Shown here one piece after another: positions 38,201 through 51,161 of a DNA stretch of 64,000 nucleotides. The notes beneath the pieces are model-generated. The model was given only the letters and a program-made list of their open reading frames with translations, did no database searches and was not told the DNA's origin. Source of the stretch: Geosiphon pyriformis uo1 (lineage: Eukaryota; Fungi; Glomeromycota); assembly GCA_016748015.1 (NCBI GenBank), contig JAAOMT010000627.1, forward strand, positions 372,001-436,000. The letters run 5' to 3'. How positions within the stretch are numbered: the stretch's first letter is position 1; each line of letters starts with the position of its first letter. The position numbers and the translations under genes are program-made.

Positions 38201-38716
38201 TTTATTAAATATAAATTTGTACATAACAATTTGCAAAAGATTTGTGTTAAAAAACTAGTATGCTAAAACTGCTGCAATTTTTTATGGAAAAATGGAAGTG
38301 GCTTTTGCTTTTGTTGAATATGTGGAACATTTAGTAGAATTGTATTAAACAAAAGTATAATTCATAAAGTCAAAGTATAGAGTAAACATAAAGAAGACTG
38401 GATTGGTCAAAAATGTTGACATAATTTTAGATTTGTTTTACTGTATGATATTTATGTTGTTTGATAGAGTAATTTAGTTGCTTAATATAGTAAAGTTTTT
38501 TGTGATTAGTTTTGGTAAATATATACAGTGCTCTTTTTTTTTTGGTTTAGATAAAGATGCATATATTAGTATAGATGTTTGGTATTGTTTTGTTTGATCT
38601 GAGTAGCTGGTTACATATAGTAAAAGTGTGAGTTATATCTAGTTTAAATCATTTAGTTTGATTCTATGTACTAAATAACAGTTGGGCTTTACTTATTAAA
38701 TATTTAATAAAAAAAA
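35221..38716 (+). mobile_element. Strongly decayed 5'-truncated LINE interrupted by a solo LTR
   Basis: ggtgcctttgttgataac (GAFVDD), ITDKQFSYLV, RNase H remnants, 3' UTR (gagtagctggtt, ttctatgtacta) and an A-tail at about 38707-38716. Confidence 0.88.
36822..37736 (-). repeat. Solo LTR (915 bp) of the Gypsy family with a 4-bp target-site duplication
   Basis: TGTTA..TAACA termini. Flanks are GTGG (36818-36821) and ATGG (37737-37740). Removing the LTR and one copy of the duplication restores the LINE text FLVAKNTA. Confidence 0.9.
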
Positions 38717-39471
38717 TAAACTCTAATTTTTTATATTAAACTTAATATTAAGATTAATTAAATTTTAAAGACTATATAATCAACAAAATATTAATTAATT
38801 TAGTTTTAAATATATTATAAAAAACAATTGTTTTTTTTTAAATAAAAATTTTTAATACTGTTTTTTATTAACAAACAAGAATGTATTTAAAAACTTAAAA
38901 GTTTTAATAATAATTATAAATTAATAAATTATAATTTAATATTAAATATTTTATTAAAAAAACTTAAAATATAAATATTATATAAAAAAATTTAATAATA
39001 ATTAATTTTATATTAATAAAATCATATAAAAATTAAAACACAATTTTAAAAAAAGCTATTTTAATATTACAATAATATTTTGATAAAAAATTGGTATTAA
39101 AGCTTAAACTGATTAAATTTAAAATTAATATAATTATAGAAAATTAGATAAAAAAATATAAGATATTAAATATTATACTTGAAATATAATGTTGTTACAA
39201 TTCAAAAATTTAACAAAAAAATCATAAAATAATACAAATTATTCAATTATAATATAGCACAGTAATAATTTTAGAAAAATAATAATTAGTATAATAATAA
39301 GTATTATTTGTAATAGTAATAAATACTAATTTACAATAATAATAAATATTAATTAATAATAATAATAAATACCAGATTAAAATATTAAAAAAAAGTATTA
39401 TAATGTGTTTTCTTATAGAATTACAAATATATATATATAATAGCTTTAATATTAAAAAAAAAACAAGTTAT

Positions 39472-42400
39472 TTTTTTTTTATTCCACTTTTAATAAGTGA
39501 AGTCCAACTGCTATCTAGTACATAGAACCAAACTAAGTGACCCAAACTAAACACAATTTATGCACTTATTATATATGGCTAGCCACTCAGACCAGTTAAG
39601 ACAATACTATACATCTATAATAACACTAATAACACCACCTAGACCAGAAAAAAAACAGCATGGCAAACGACGACCAAAGCTAACAGCAAATAATTCGACC
39701 ACACCAAGCATTCTAATCATTCTACCTGACAATACAGAAGAAACATCATGAGACAGACCAGAAACAACTCCATCCTCAACAATCAAACCAGTCTTCTCCA
39801 TCCACACCCTGTGCTCAAACCTCACCAACCATGTCTTTACACAATGTAGATCAGCTACAAACCTAACAAAATTGACAATCTTACCAATGGCCTGCTTCTT
39901 ATCATCAAATACACTCCAAGCCTCTTCACACCATTTATTTAGCACAAAGCCTTTACACACAATAGAATACAAACCAACATCCAAAGAACAGGCAGACAAT
40001 GTCCGCAAAACAGCTGAAGATGATAAGTCACAAAGACCTGCCACCAAAATCCAACAAGCAGAAGCCTCAACCAGAACCTCACCATAAATAACAACATCTC
40101 AAAGACATGTGAAGACATGATCAGAAAATTCCACTTCACCACACAGCAGGCACAATACACCAGGATAACCCTTATTATACAGTTTTTTCCGAATAGCTAC
40201 TGGAAAACATTTGTGTACAGTCTTCATCAAATATAAGCACAAGTTCAAAGTTTTCCGATTAGTGAATTCAGCAAGCATATGAGAGTTCGGATGTCAAACC
40301 TTCACAGTAGAAATCCAGTCTACACATCCAATCAAGTCAATAGGTATCACATCTACACCAGGTCCAGCCTTCCAGTAAGCACGATTGATAGATCGAAAAA
40401 TGTCTCTTACAAAATGGCAGACATTGCTAGAGATTGCTGTGTTTTTAGCCACCAAATAACGTTCATAAACCCCTGCCAACAAAGAGAAAGGAGATCGAGC
40501 AGCTTCTCTAGCTGCCAAATCAGCCTTAACATTACCTAAAATGCCAGAATGGCTCTTAACCTTAACCCAAACCACCTCGAAATCTTTTTTCCTAACCAAA
40601 TTGAAAATATGACATCTTTCCAACCAGCACCAATTACGAAAATCAGGCATAGCACAAAACAACTCTGACAAGCAGGCATCAATAACAGCTTGGCTATCAA
40701 TATGCAAAATCACCCAACAAAAGGAAAGTATACACTTAAGAGCCAATGCAACAGCCTGCAACTCAGCCAGAGTAGAAGACAATAGATCACCAACCACAAC
40801 ACCAACACTCTTATTCAAAACCAGAAAATATGCAGCAGCACCATAAGCAGCATCAACCAAGTTAGCATTTCTCAAAAATCCATCAGTATATACTTCAAAG
40901 CAACCAGACCAGATATCATGCAACCCATCTTTCACCAGAGAAAACACATCAGAATCTAAAATGTTCATATCAACAGACTGAGCAAAACCAGCAGAACTGG
41001 AAGCAGAAAAGCCTTGAACTAACATAAACTCGGACATAACTGAGAACCAGCATGGCACGGAACCCCGTGAGTCCAATCTCTTCCAACAATAAAAGGTCTT
41101 CCAATCCAGCACATGGCCCCTTTTATCCAAAAGCCAATCACTAAAAGCAACTTCAAAACACTTCAGAGAGTGAACAAAATTAAAATACTCAGAACTACCT
41201 AGAATTGACGAAAGTGGAAACTGACCTGAACTGCGAAAAGCATTGGGAAGGTTGTTAGCCAAAGAAAGCTCATTACTCAAAAAAATTTTTGCAATTCCAG
41301 CCAAAAAGTTGTTGACTGGACTAACACGCAGCTTGACAGAAAACTGCAAAAGATCCAGAAGAGCCCAACCAAGAACCTGCAAGTTCAAAAATCTATGATC
41401 AAACAAATGCCCAAAGACCCCAGAGGCATTAGAAAAAGACACCAAAGCAGCAATCTTTCTTTCAGATTGCACTTGTTCAAAAGTTTTCAAGCCATACAAA
41501 GAAGGGTGATGTAAGACAGCATCCAGAAAATCACAAGGCAAACCAGTTTTGGACTTAAGACCCTTTCTAACCATGACATCCTATTTGCAACAAACACCAG
41601 ACAAAACAAAACTAAATTGAGTCTGATAACTAACAATAGGCTGCAAGACAGCTGAGACCAAATACAAGAACTGTTTATCCATGATAGTCTTTTTAAGCAC
41701 AATGTTAACAAAAAAACGAACATCAGAATGAGCTTTGGATACACTAGGTTTAGACAAACTCTTTGTAGACAAGAAGATACCCAGATAACAATGAGCTTCA
41801 CCCTTTTTAGCAATCGAGATTGGCTGACCACAAATACTCAGAGAGGCAACCCTAACACTCTGGTTAATGGGAATAGCCACCATCTTATCATTATTAATAG
41901 AAATATCATTGATTTTGAAAAACTCACTGGCAATGTTCAGAGCGTACTGAGTGGAGGCCTGACAATTTCTAATCCAAATCATATCATCGACAAACATACC
42001 AGCTGCCAAGTAAGATGTCATTCCATTCACATCCTCAACTCTGCTCGTCTTCGCAACAAACTTAGAATTAACATAATATCCACACAAATGCTCATGTTTT
42101 TTTACTTCACATAAGAGTGGATCATAGAAAATCCTCCATAAGAGAGGCGAAAAAACTTCACCCTGGTCCAATCCATCATGTACATTATAGCCATCTGACA
42201 AGCCGAAATCAGTCATCATTCTGTTAACTCTATCCTCGTAAATGTTTCCAAAAAATCCAATAAACTTCTCACACATTTTGATGTACCACAAACTAGCTCT
42301 CAAGTGAGGCCAACCAACAGAATCATACACCTTCTGCATATCCTGCAAAACCAACCAAATTTACCTATTTTTTTCAAGAGCATCCTTCACAACTGAACCA

Positions 42401-45400
42401 ACTGCAAACACTGGAGATAGTGTAGAAGTACTTCGGAGCACCGAAAAATTATCACCCCAGAGAACACCAAACTTACTACAAGCCAAAGAGATGCAATCAG
42501 ACAAAATCTTAGACAAAATCTTTCTGGCAGTCTCAATCAAAGCAATAGGTTGAGTGTTTGTAAGAACCCCATCCCAATCATAAGACTTGGGGATCATTGA
42601 GACCCACACTTTTTTCCAAAAAGCAGGCACCATGCCAACAGATAAGCACACATTCAACAACACCAAAAAGCATTTCAACACCTCACCACAACCATGTTTC
42701 CAAAGTCCATTGGGAATACCAGACAAGCCAGCAGCTTTGTCATCAGAAAGACCATTAGTAACTGAAAGTAATTCACCCATGCTAATCGCACTCATCACAC
42801 TAGAAAAGGCATCATCCCTAACATAGTTCAAAGGTGTATACTGATGAGCCCAGAAATTAGGCAGTACCATAGGCATTACACGTTTCCATGTCCAACTCTT
42901 TATAATTTTGTCAACACTTGACCTGACCTCCTCCAGCTTCAATATCAACTCATCATCAACCACCAAGTAATCCAACACCATCTTTTGAAATGGCCAATCC
43001 AGAACACTCCTAATCATACTCTTCTTGTCTGAGCAAAATTGTTTCATATGCTTCTCAATAGCCTTTCTGATAGTAGTCTCTTACAACAACTTTGACTCAA
43101 ACATCTTGAATTTTCTGTACTTTTTTCTGACAAACAACAAATAACTAAGAAGGTCTTCTACTTTTTGGCTACCATGAAGCATGTCCTCCAAAACGAGAGC
43201 TTTATCAGCATTCAGAGCTGACCATTTTTTCATGAATTGATCAAAACCAGAAGTATCAACAGAGGTCAGGCATTTGACTATCTTAGCAACCAGCAACTTC
43301 AAACCCAGGAACTTAGAAGAATGTTTATCTTTTAAGCACTGAAAATCACAGAACCAATGTCTAGAAAATATTTCATCCACAGAATCCACCACCATCTTTT
43401 TCAGCAAAAACCACATAGTATTCAAATCAAGACCAGCAGCAGCACCAAGAAACTTCTCCTTTACCTCCAACATCTTAGCAGAGAAACATTCCTTAAAATG
43501 GGACCACCCAGCACCATCAGCATCCTTGATCCTAAACTTCCAATGATCTTTGTTGGTCTGCTTATGCAAACCATTCAGCTAAACATCTAAGAGCCCATCC
43601 AAGCCAACTGAAACCATGACAGATTTGTGATCTGTATCGAAGAAATCAGAAACAGAATTGACACAATGCTTTACAACAGCAGAAAATAGAGTCTCACTAA
43701 CAAGAATAAAATCAATTGTCTTCTCCACTCTCCTAGAATTGCTCTATGTAGCCGTTTTAACCAAAGAGTGTCCAGTAAAAGAATTGACTAAACCCAAACC
43801 CAAACAAAACTTAAAACTTGCACTCCTTCCAGAATCATTCTCATTGAAATCACCATCTAGAACAACAAAAGTGCTGGAGTTAACAGCCTTAGCAATAAGA
43901 GAATTCACTGCAGGAGCCTGAGCAAACCTAGTTCCAGGAGAAACACCAGCATACAAATCCAGAATTGTAACCAAAAGCTTGCCTTTAAACAAAAACCAAA
44001 TCAAAATCAAACAACCAGGAACCTCCTCAACCCTAGAAACATGGCAAGCCAAAGAATTATTTATGATTACAGCAATGCCAGCACCAAGATAACCAATATC
44101 CAATCCAGAAGTAAAAATCCAAATCTCATCAAATTTGTCCTTGATCCATAATCCAGAAGAGGACCTTAATTTCGTTTCAGCAACAAAAAAAACCATATTT
44201 TCAGAACTCACATGCCAACAAATAATATCTGTCTGTTTTGCAGGGACATTGATATTCCGAACATTGCACGTAGCAAATTTTCAGATCAGACCACTCATTA
44301 GGATGATGGAAATAGGAATAAACCTGAACCAGAACACAAGAGATCTAATTTTACCATAATCAAACTGAATAAAGCCTTCAGAGCAAACATTTTAGACTCC
44401 AAACCACCCATCTTGGAAGTGAGAACCTTTGAACCACTCAAATTAAGACCATCTGCAAATCCACCACCACTTAAAAAGGGGGAAGCAGACAAAGCCAACA
44501 TACTATTCAGAGCCATATCTGAATCCACAATCAGAGCCAAAGACACAGAAACAGCCAAAAGAAAAGCACAAGACAGAGATGCCAATGGTACCAGTTTAAT
44601 GAAACTCAATTTTTTAAGAATGACAGAAACTTGATCTGATAGAATTTCCAAAGAGCACTCCAAAACTGCCAAACGCTCACCCAATCCATCGACTTGAGGA
44701 CCAGAAGAACCCAAAAAGAGAAGTGGACCCTTAGAAAGCACACCAGAACCAAAAGGAGAGCCACCAGAAGAGGCATCAAGAGACACTACCTCAGCCCATG
44801 ATTTGCTACCAAAAGCAGCAGGATGGGAGATAGGAATCTTCTTTTTCGCATACAACTTGAAAAATGATCAAAACCAGAAACAGGTTTTTTGAATGAATTT
44901 GAGAGCTCAAAAGACAATGCTACCAATGCATCACACTCCAGAGTTGAATGGCCAAAATGCCCACACTTCTTACATTTAACCAAATCCAATCTGGCCCATG
45001 AGAGTCACACACCACCAAAAATAGACTCAGTATAAAAAGCAGTATCCAAATTTTTCTCAGATTCAAAACCAACAACAGTGCAATGAACTCTATTACCAGT
45101 GTCTAATGAACAATTAATAATACATGTTTTCCCACCAGCCCTATCCAAAAGAGTACCAAGATCATGCGCAGTTGTTCTCATTGGCAAGGTAAACAGGAGC
45201 ACCTTGAATTGGTCCCTAAAAGCCCAAGTTTTATAATTCCCCATGGTCATAGCCATATGAACCGAGTCTTTTCCAATCAGGAATGACCATCTTGAAGCCA
45301 ACTGCGCAGCCTGATTAGAATTGGCGAATTCTACCACAGCCTTTTGTCATAAACCAATTAGTTGAATTTTGATTGATTTAATTTTGCCAAATTTGGCTAC

Positions 45401-46277
45401 TGCAGTAATGATTATATCCTTAGACATGTCTATGGGAATTTTCTTAATTACTACAGTCCGATCTAAATGAATTCCTTGTTTCTTAAGATCGCTGTTTATG
45501 TTGATCCCATTTTCACCAGCCAATAAAATGGTCTTCTTCATGCTTTCCTCTAATGTAAATGTTGATCTGATGATCCCTTCAAATTTTAAGGGGGTAGTGG
45601 CCTCCCCAAAACCATTGATTTTTGAAAAAAATTTTCTAATAAACTGAGTTTTTGACATAGCTGATTTCCCTTCCACAGCTGAAAGATTAATATCTAAAGC
45701 AAATGATTTCTTAACCAACACCTCCACAGGAGTTTTGATGATCTTGGGATCAATCCAAATCTTTTTTAAAGGAACTTTGTTCTTAAGGGGAGGCAGAAGG
45801 GGCTTCATCTCTTCATCTATCTCAAAGTCAGGAGGACCAATAGGAGAACTGAAATTTGCACCAGTATTCACTTATTTAGCCTTAAGAGTATGAACAGCCA
45901 AATCCAAGAGAGAACTGTCAAAACCACCAGACATACTAACATCTTTATCATCACCAGAAAGGCTCTCTACATCGAAATATACACTAGCACCAGAACCAGA
46001 CTTCAAAAAGATATCTTTTTTATTACCAGAGTGTTTAATATTCCCAAGAAGAGCCTTCTTTCTTTGTAAAAAGGAACCACCAGCAGGACCATAAAACACA
46101 TCCTTAGGAGCCTTTTTACTAGACATGCTGCCACTAGAAACAGCCTCCAAATCCATGACAAAAGGGTTATTAGTTAAAGAAATATTGAAATAAAACTAAT
46201 AGGAAAAAACAGAAAAACTTTTTTTTTGAAAAATGCTCTTTGGGAAATTTTGAACGTAGGAGAGAAAAAAGTTTTTC
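39472..46277 (-). mobile_element. Full-length LINE (ORF1 from 46156, ORF2 ending at 39607) inactivated by stops
   Basis: ORF1 with RRM-like segments and CKKCGHFGHSTLEC. ORF2 has endonuclease (GDFN), RT, RNase H and zinc finger, with all listed ORF2 pieces in one frame. Poly(T) at 39471-39480 and candidate TSD CAAGTTAT at 39464-39471 and 46278-46285. Confidence 0.93.
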
Positions 46278-46799
46278 CAAGTTATAAAATAAGTTTATTT
46301 AATAATTTTTCTAATTATTTTTTAGTCTTTATTTTTAAAATAAATATTTAAAAAAATCTTTAATTAAAAAAAAATATTAAAAATATTAAAAACTAAATTA
46401 TCACAACTCAAAGTATTAAAAAACTTACTTGTATTATTTATTGAATAAACCTATTATTTATTAGTTAAATCTCTTTGAAAAATTATTTCTGATCAAAATT
46501 ATTTATATTATTACTAATTAATAAAAGTTTTATTGTAAAAATTAGAAAAAATACTAAAGACTATTAAAATTTTATGTTTTTAAATTAGAGAAACATATTC
46601 AATAATTGTAAAAATAGTCTTAGAAAAAACTCTAAACAGTAAGTAGATTTTAGTTTAATCTTTAAAAAAAAAATATAAATATATATATAACAATTAAGAA
46701 TTGAGAAATAATTTACATTATAATATTAAAAAAAAGTTTTTAATATAATAATAATATTATCATACAAATAAAATTAAGAAATTCACAAAAAATTAATTG

Positions 46800-49700
46800 C
46801 AATTAAAATAGAATATTAGCAATTAAAATAACCAAAAAAATTATTTTATAATAGCATTAACAATATTTTTTGTTGGTTTATATTGCTAAAAATATTTTTT
46901 TTGGTGTTATGTATTCTATTAGTTTTAATAAATTACTAAGTGTAATAATAAATTTGTTTAATAGAAAAACAGCTGGTCTATCTGGTATTTTGAATAAATT
47001 GTGAAAATATTATAACAAAGTAGTATATATACTTTTAAAGCTTATAAACTTATGTTTAATACATAAATTTATTTCTCAATTTTGAAAAAAAGCATGAGTT
47101 TTAATAATTTTAAGTCTTATAAATAAAAAACATTCTAACAAATACATAACTTATTGCTTTAATTAAGATAACTTAAAAATTTTTTTTTAAAATCTTGTCT
47201 AACAGAATTTTTTTAGTATATAGTAAGTCTAATATTTTTTATAGTAATAACTTTTTAGTTTTAAAGAGTATGTTAATATAATTTTTTATATTCATAATTA
47301 GATAATAATAGAGAATATTTTGAAAAAGAATTGTGAATTTTGGTTGGTTTTGTAAAATATATACAAAGCATATAATTTTATAAATTAAAAATATTTAAAA
47401 AATAGCTTAAATAAAATTAAAATATATAATAAATTTGTTAAGCTTTTTAGTAATATTTACAATAATTAAGTTAATCAAATTATAACTAATTTTGGTTTAA
47501 TAAATAGTTATCATATTTATAATAAACTAAATCAGAATAAGATTTTTTTCTTTTCTTTTGGCATATTTTTTATGATTTTTTTTTGTATAAAGTTAAAAAA
47601 CAAAAAATATGTACAGTTATAAGATTGATTCTAGATTTGTTGTCAAAATTGAACAAATTAAAATTTAAATTAATATAATATTATTTTTTGCTATTGCTGT
47701 TTTTGTTAATAACATGATTTAAATATAATATAATCAAGCTATAATTTAATCTATTTTGAATATTATGAGTGATTTTTTTTAAATCAACAATATTTCAATT
47801 AATAATAATAAAACAGTAATTATTTTTATTAATTATAAAGTTGGCTTTTTTTTAATGATTAATAATTTGTTTATTTTAATTGTCAAAAAAAAGAAACTTA
47901 TAAATACTTGTATATTTTTGTGTTTATAAATAAATTGTTAAGACTTAATCTAATTAAGACTTATTTGGATGTTAAATTTTTTATAAGCAGAGTTTTAAGA
48001 AAAATTATAATTAATAAACAATTTTTTTATTTGGTTTCAATGGTTTTATATTCTATTATTAATTATAAAATTTAATTTAGTTTTGTATTAATTAGTGTAT
48101 ATAATAAGTAAAATACTTTAATTTAAAAAAATTTAAAGTCAAAAGCTAGTTTGTTTTTAAACTTTTCTAATAATACAATTTATTATTTTTTTATATAACT
48201 TAAAGTTTTTTGAGCAAATACAAACTAAATACAAATTGGCTTTTATCTTAAATTTTTTAAATATTAATAATATTGTGAACTGGTTGTTCAGTTATAAATT
48301 TTTAAATCTTTAAGTATTAAGTTGGTCTTTTTGTTATTTTTTGGTTTTTTTAGTTTGTTTTTATATTAGTTTAGTTAATAATTTTTTGGTTAGTGTAATC
48401 AGAATTTTTTATGGTTATAATTTATTCTTAAATAATATTTTGTCTTTGGCATTTTGATTTTCTAAAAATATTTTAATGTTTATTGTTTTTGGTAATTTTG
48501 TTTTTTTTAAGATTTTTTATTTGACTAAATATTTTAATATTGTTTTTGTTAAGCAATTGTATAGTAAGAATAATAAAGTTTTTAATTAAAAAAGCTTTTA
48601 ATATTAAAAACAATTTGACTTTTATAGCTTAATTTTCACATAGTTTGTATTAATAAGCATATTTAAATTTCTTAATAGATCAATAAAATTTTTTTTTCTA
48701 TAAAAAATATTTAACTTTTAAGTGTTTTAAGTTTTAATGAAATTTATTAAGTGTATAATAAATTGTTAAAGACTAATTATTTTTGTTTTTCTATTTATAT
48801 TGATAGTTTTTTAAAAGATTTGAATTCAATAAACATAAAAACAAATATCACAACATTTTTTAATGATTTAATTTTAGTATTAAAATCAAGATTTTTGGTT
48901 TAATATTAAACTATTGTATTAACTTTAAAATACATTTTTTTTTGTGTATTTATAGTATTTTTAAACAGTTAAGTTATTTTGAATATTTGCTTTTTAAAAC
49001 TGGTTTTGATGTTATGTGATTTTTATAACTATTGTTAAATAAAATATTAACATATTATAAATATAATTAGAAAAAAGAATTTGTTTGTGTTTTAGTTCAA
49101 AATTAAAAGCCATTTTAATATTTCTAAAAATAATAAAGCTAATATATTGGCTAATATTACATCATATTTAAATTTAATATTTTTAGTTGTAGTTCAAAAA
49201 ATTTTTAAAAGCTAATAGTATATATATATTTAAAAATACAAAATGTTTTGTTTGTAAAATTTTTTAGATAATTTATTATACTTATTAGAAAACCAATTAT
49301 AATATCAAAGTTTTAAATCAAAGTTTGATTAGAAACATAAATTAAATCTGTTTTTTACAAGTATAATATACAAATTTTTACATAATAACTGAATACATAA
49401 ATTAAATTACTGTTAATGTTTGTTTTTATTTTATAAAGATTTTATATTATTAATTATCTATAACTGTTTATAAATATTTATATAATAAATAATATTATAG
49501 TGTTTTGTGTCTTTTTTGTAATAATATTAAATTTTTTAATTATTTGTTTTTATGTTTAATAGACTTTACTGTCTATAATATTTTGTTAGTTTCTTATATT
49601 ATTATGTAAAAATTTTTTTTTGGTCTATATAAATATTTATTTTGTGTGTTTTAGCTATTGTTATTATGTTTATTAAATGCTATAATATATATTGTTTTGT

Positions 49701-50170
49701 ATAAATATTTTGTTTTTAAGACTTGATATTTGAAATTTTTTTTTGTTTTTGGAAATTTTAAGATTGTTGTTAATAAAATTATGAATTTTGTATATAATTT
49801 GAACTTAATATACAGAAATAGAATTTAATTTATCTAATCTAAACATTATGTAATTATAAAAAAAGAAGTTTGATTCTATTAAATGAATTAATGTCTTTCT
49901 TTGTTAATAGTTTTTTAAGTATATTGTCAAAAAATATAGTTAAATTACTTAGTATTGTAAAAATTTTGGACATTAACTTTAGTATATATGCTTTGTGTTT
50001 ATTTATTTCTAATATTAACAAAAATATTTTTGTTTATATAAAAGTATACTGTTGTTTTAACCAGCTTAAATAACTGTTTACATGTAACAAATACATGATT
50101 TATACTTAATTTAGATTATTTAGTTTAATATATTGTATTAGATAGTGTTCGAATTTTACTCATTAAATAA
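46800..50170 (+). mobile_element. Extremely AT-decayed LINE ORF2 remnant
   Basis: Residual motifs in the expected order: acagctggtctatctggtatt (AAGLSGI) near 46970, ttttggttggttttgtaaaat (LWLVLQD) near 47338, gctgtttttgttaataac (AFVDD) near 47696, aaacaatttttttatttggtttca (KQFLYLVS) near 48016, 3' UTR near 50045-50170. Confidence 0.8.
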
Positions 50171-51161
50171 ATATGTTATTATTATTATTGTTCAAAATAA
50201 AATTAAGCATTATAATTGATATTAATTATAATAAATGTTTTAAGAAAAATTGTTTTTAAAAGAAAAAAAGATTGTTTCTTTGCTGTTTTGGATTTTTTGG
50301 TTATTTAAACAACAGTAAAAAAGATTATTAATAAAAATAATAGTTTTATTATCAGTTATAATTAAAAATTTTGTAATTTTTTGTAATAATAAAAATAATA
50401 TTAAAACTAATTTTGATTGGTTACTTAAAAAGAACTTAAATTAAAAAATTTTTTACTTAAACCAAAAAAAGTGCTTTTTTAGCAATTAAAAATTGTTTTA
50501 CTCTTTTTTATTTAAAAAAAAACACTATTGCAAAGTATTATTTAATTGTTTTTATAGTTAAAAAAACTTCTTGGGTGGTTGTACTATTGGAAATTATAAG
50601 AAAAATGGTGGTTGCTTCCTTTTTATTCTTTGCTTTAATTGTGGTTATAAAAATACAAAAAGAAAGAGTTTTTAATTATATATAATTAAATTCATTTAAA
50701 GTTAAATTTTGTTAAAGTTAATTTTTTTATAAACAAAAAACTTAAATTTTAAGATCAGTTTTTATATTATTAATTTTACTCAATTTATTAATAAAGTTAA
50801 TTTTAATTATTTTGTTTTTAAAAACATTACTTAATTGTAACAAAATAATTTTAAAATTTTAATATTAAAAATCAAAGTTTAAAATCATATTGGTTATAAA
50901 AGTTTGACAATTATATGAACGAATTTGTGTTTGTAAATGGCGGAAAAAATTAGTTCCTGATTTAGAAAAAAAACTATGAACTTCAATTTTCCGAGTACTA
51001 AGTTGATCAAATTTCTTCTGTTAAAATACCCTGTTGCTATTAAAATACTATAAAATGGAAACCCCTCTTTAGTCCTTCTTTACATTCTTAGCGTGTCTTT
51101 TTAAATTATTTTCTTGTCCTTTCTTTCATCTGGTTTGCCTTGCCAAAACTGTCCTGTTGCT

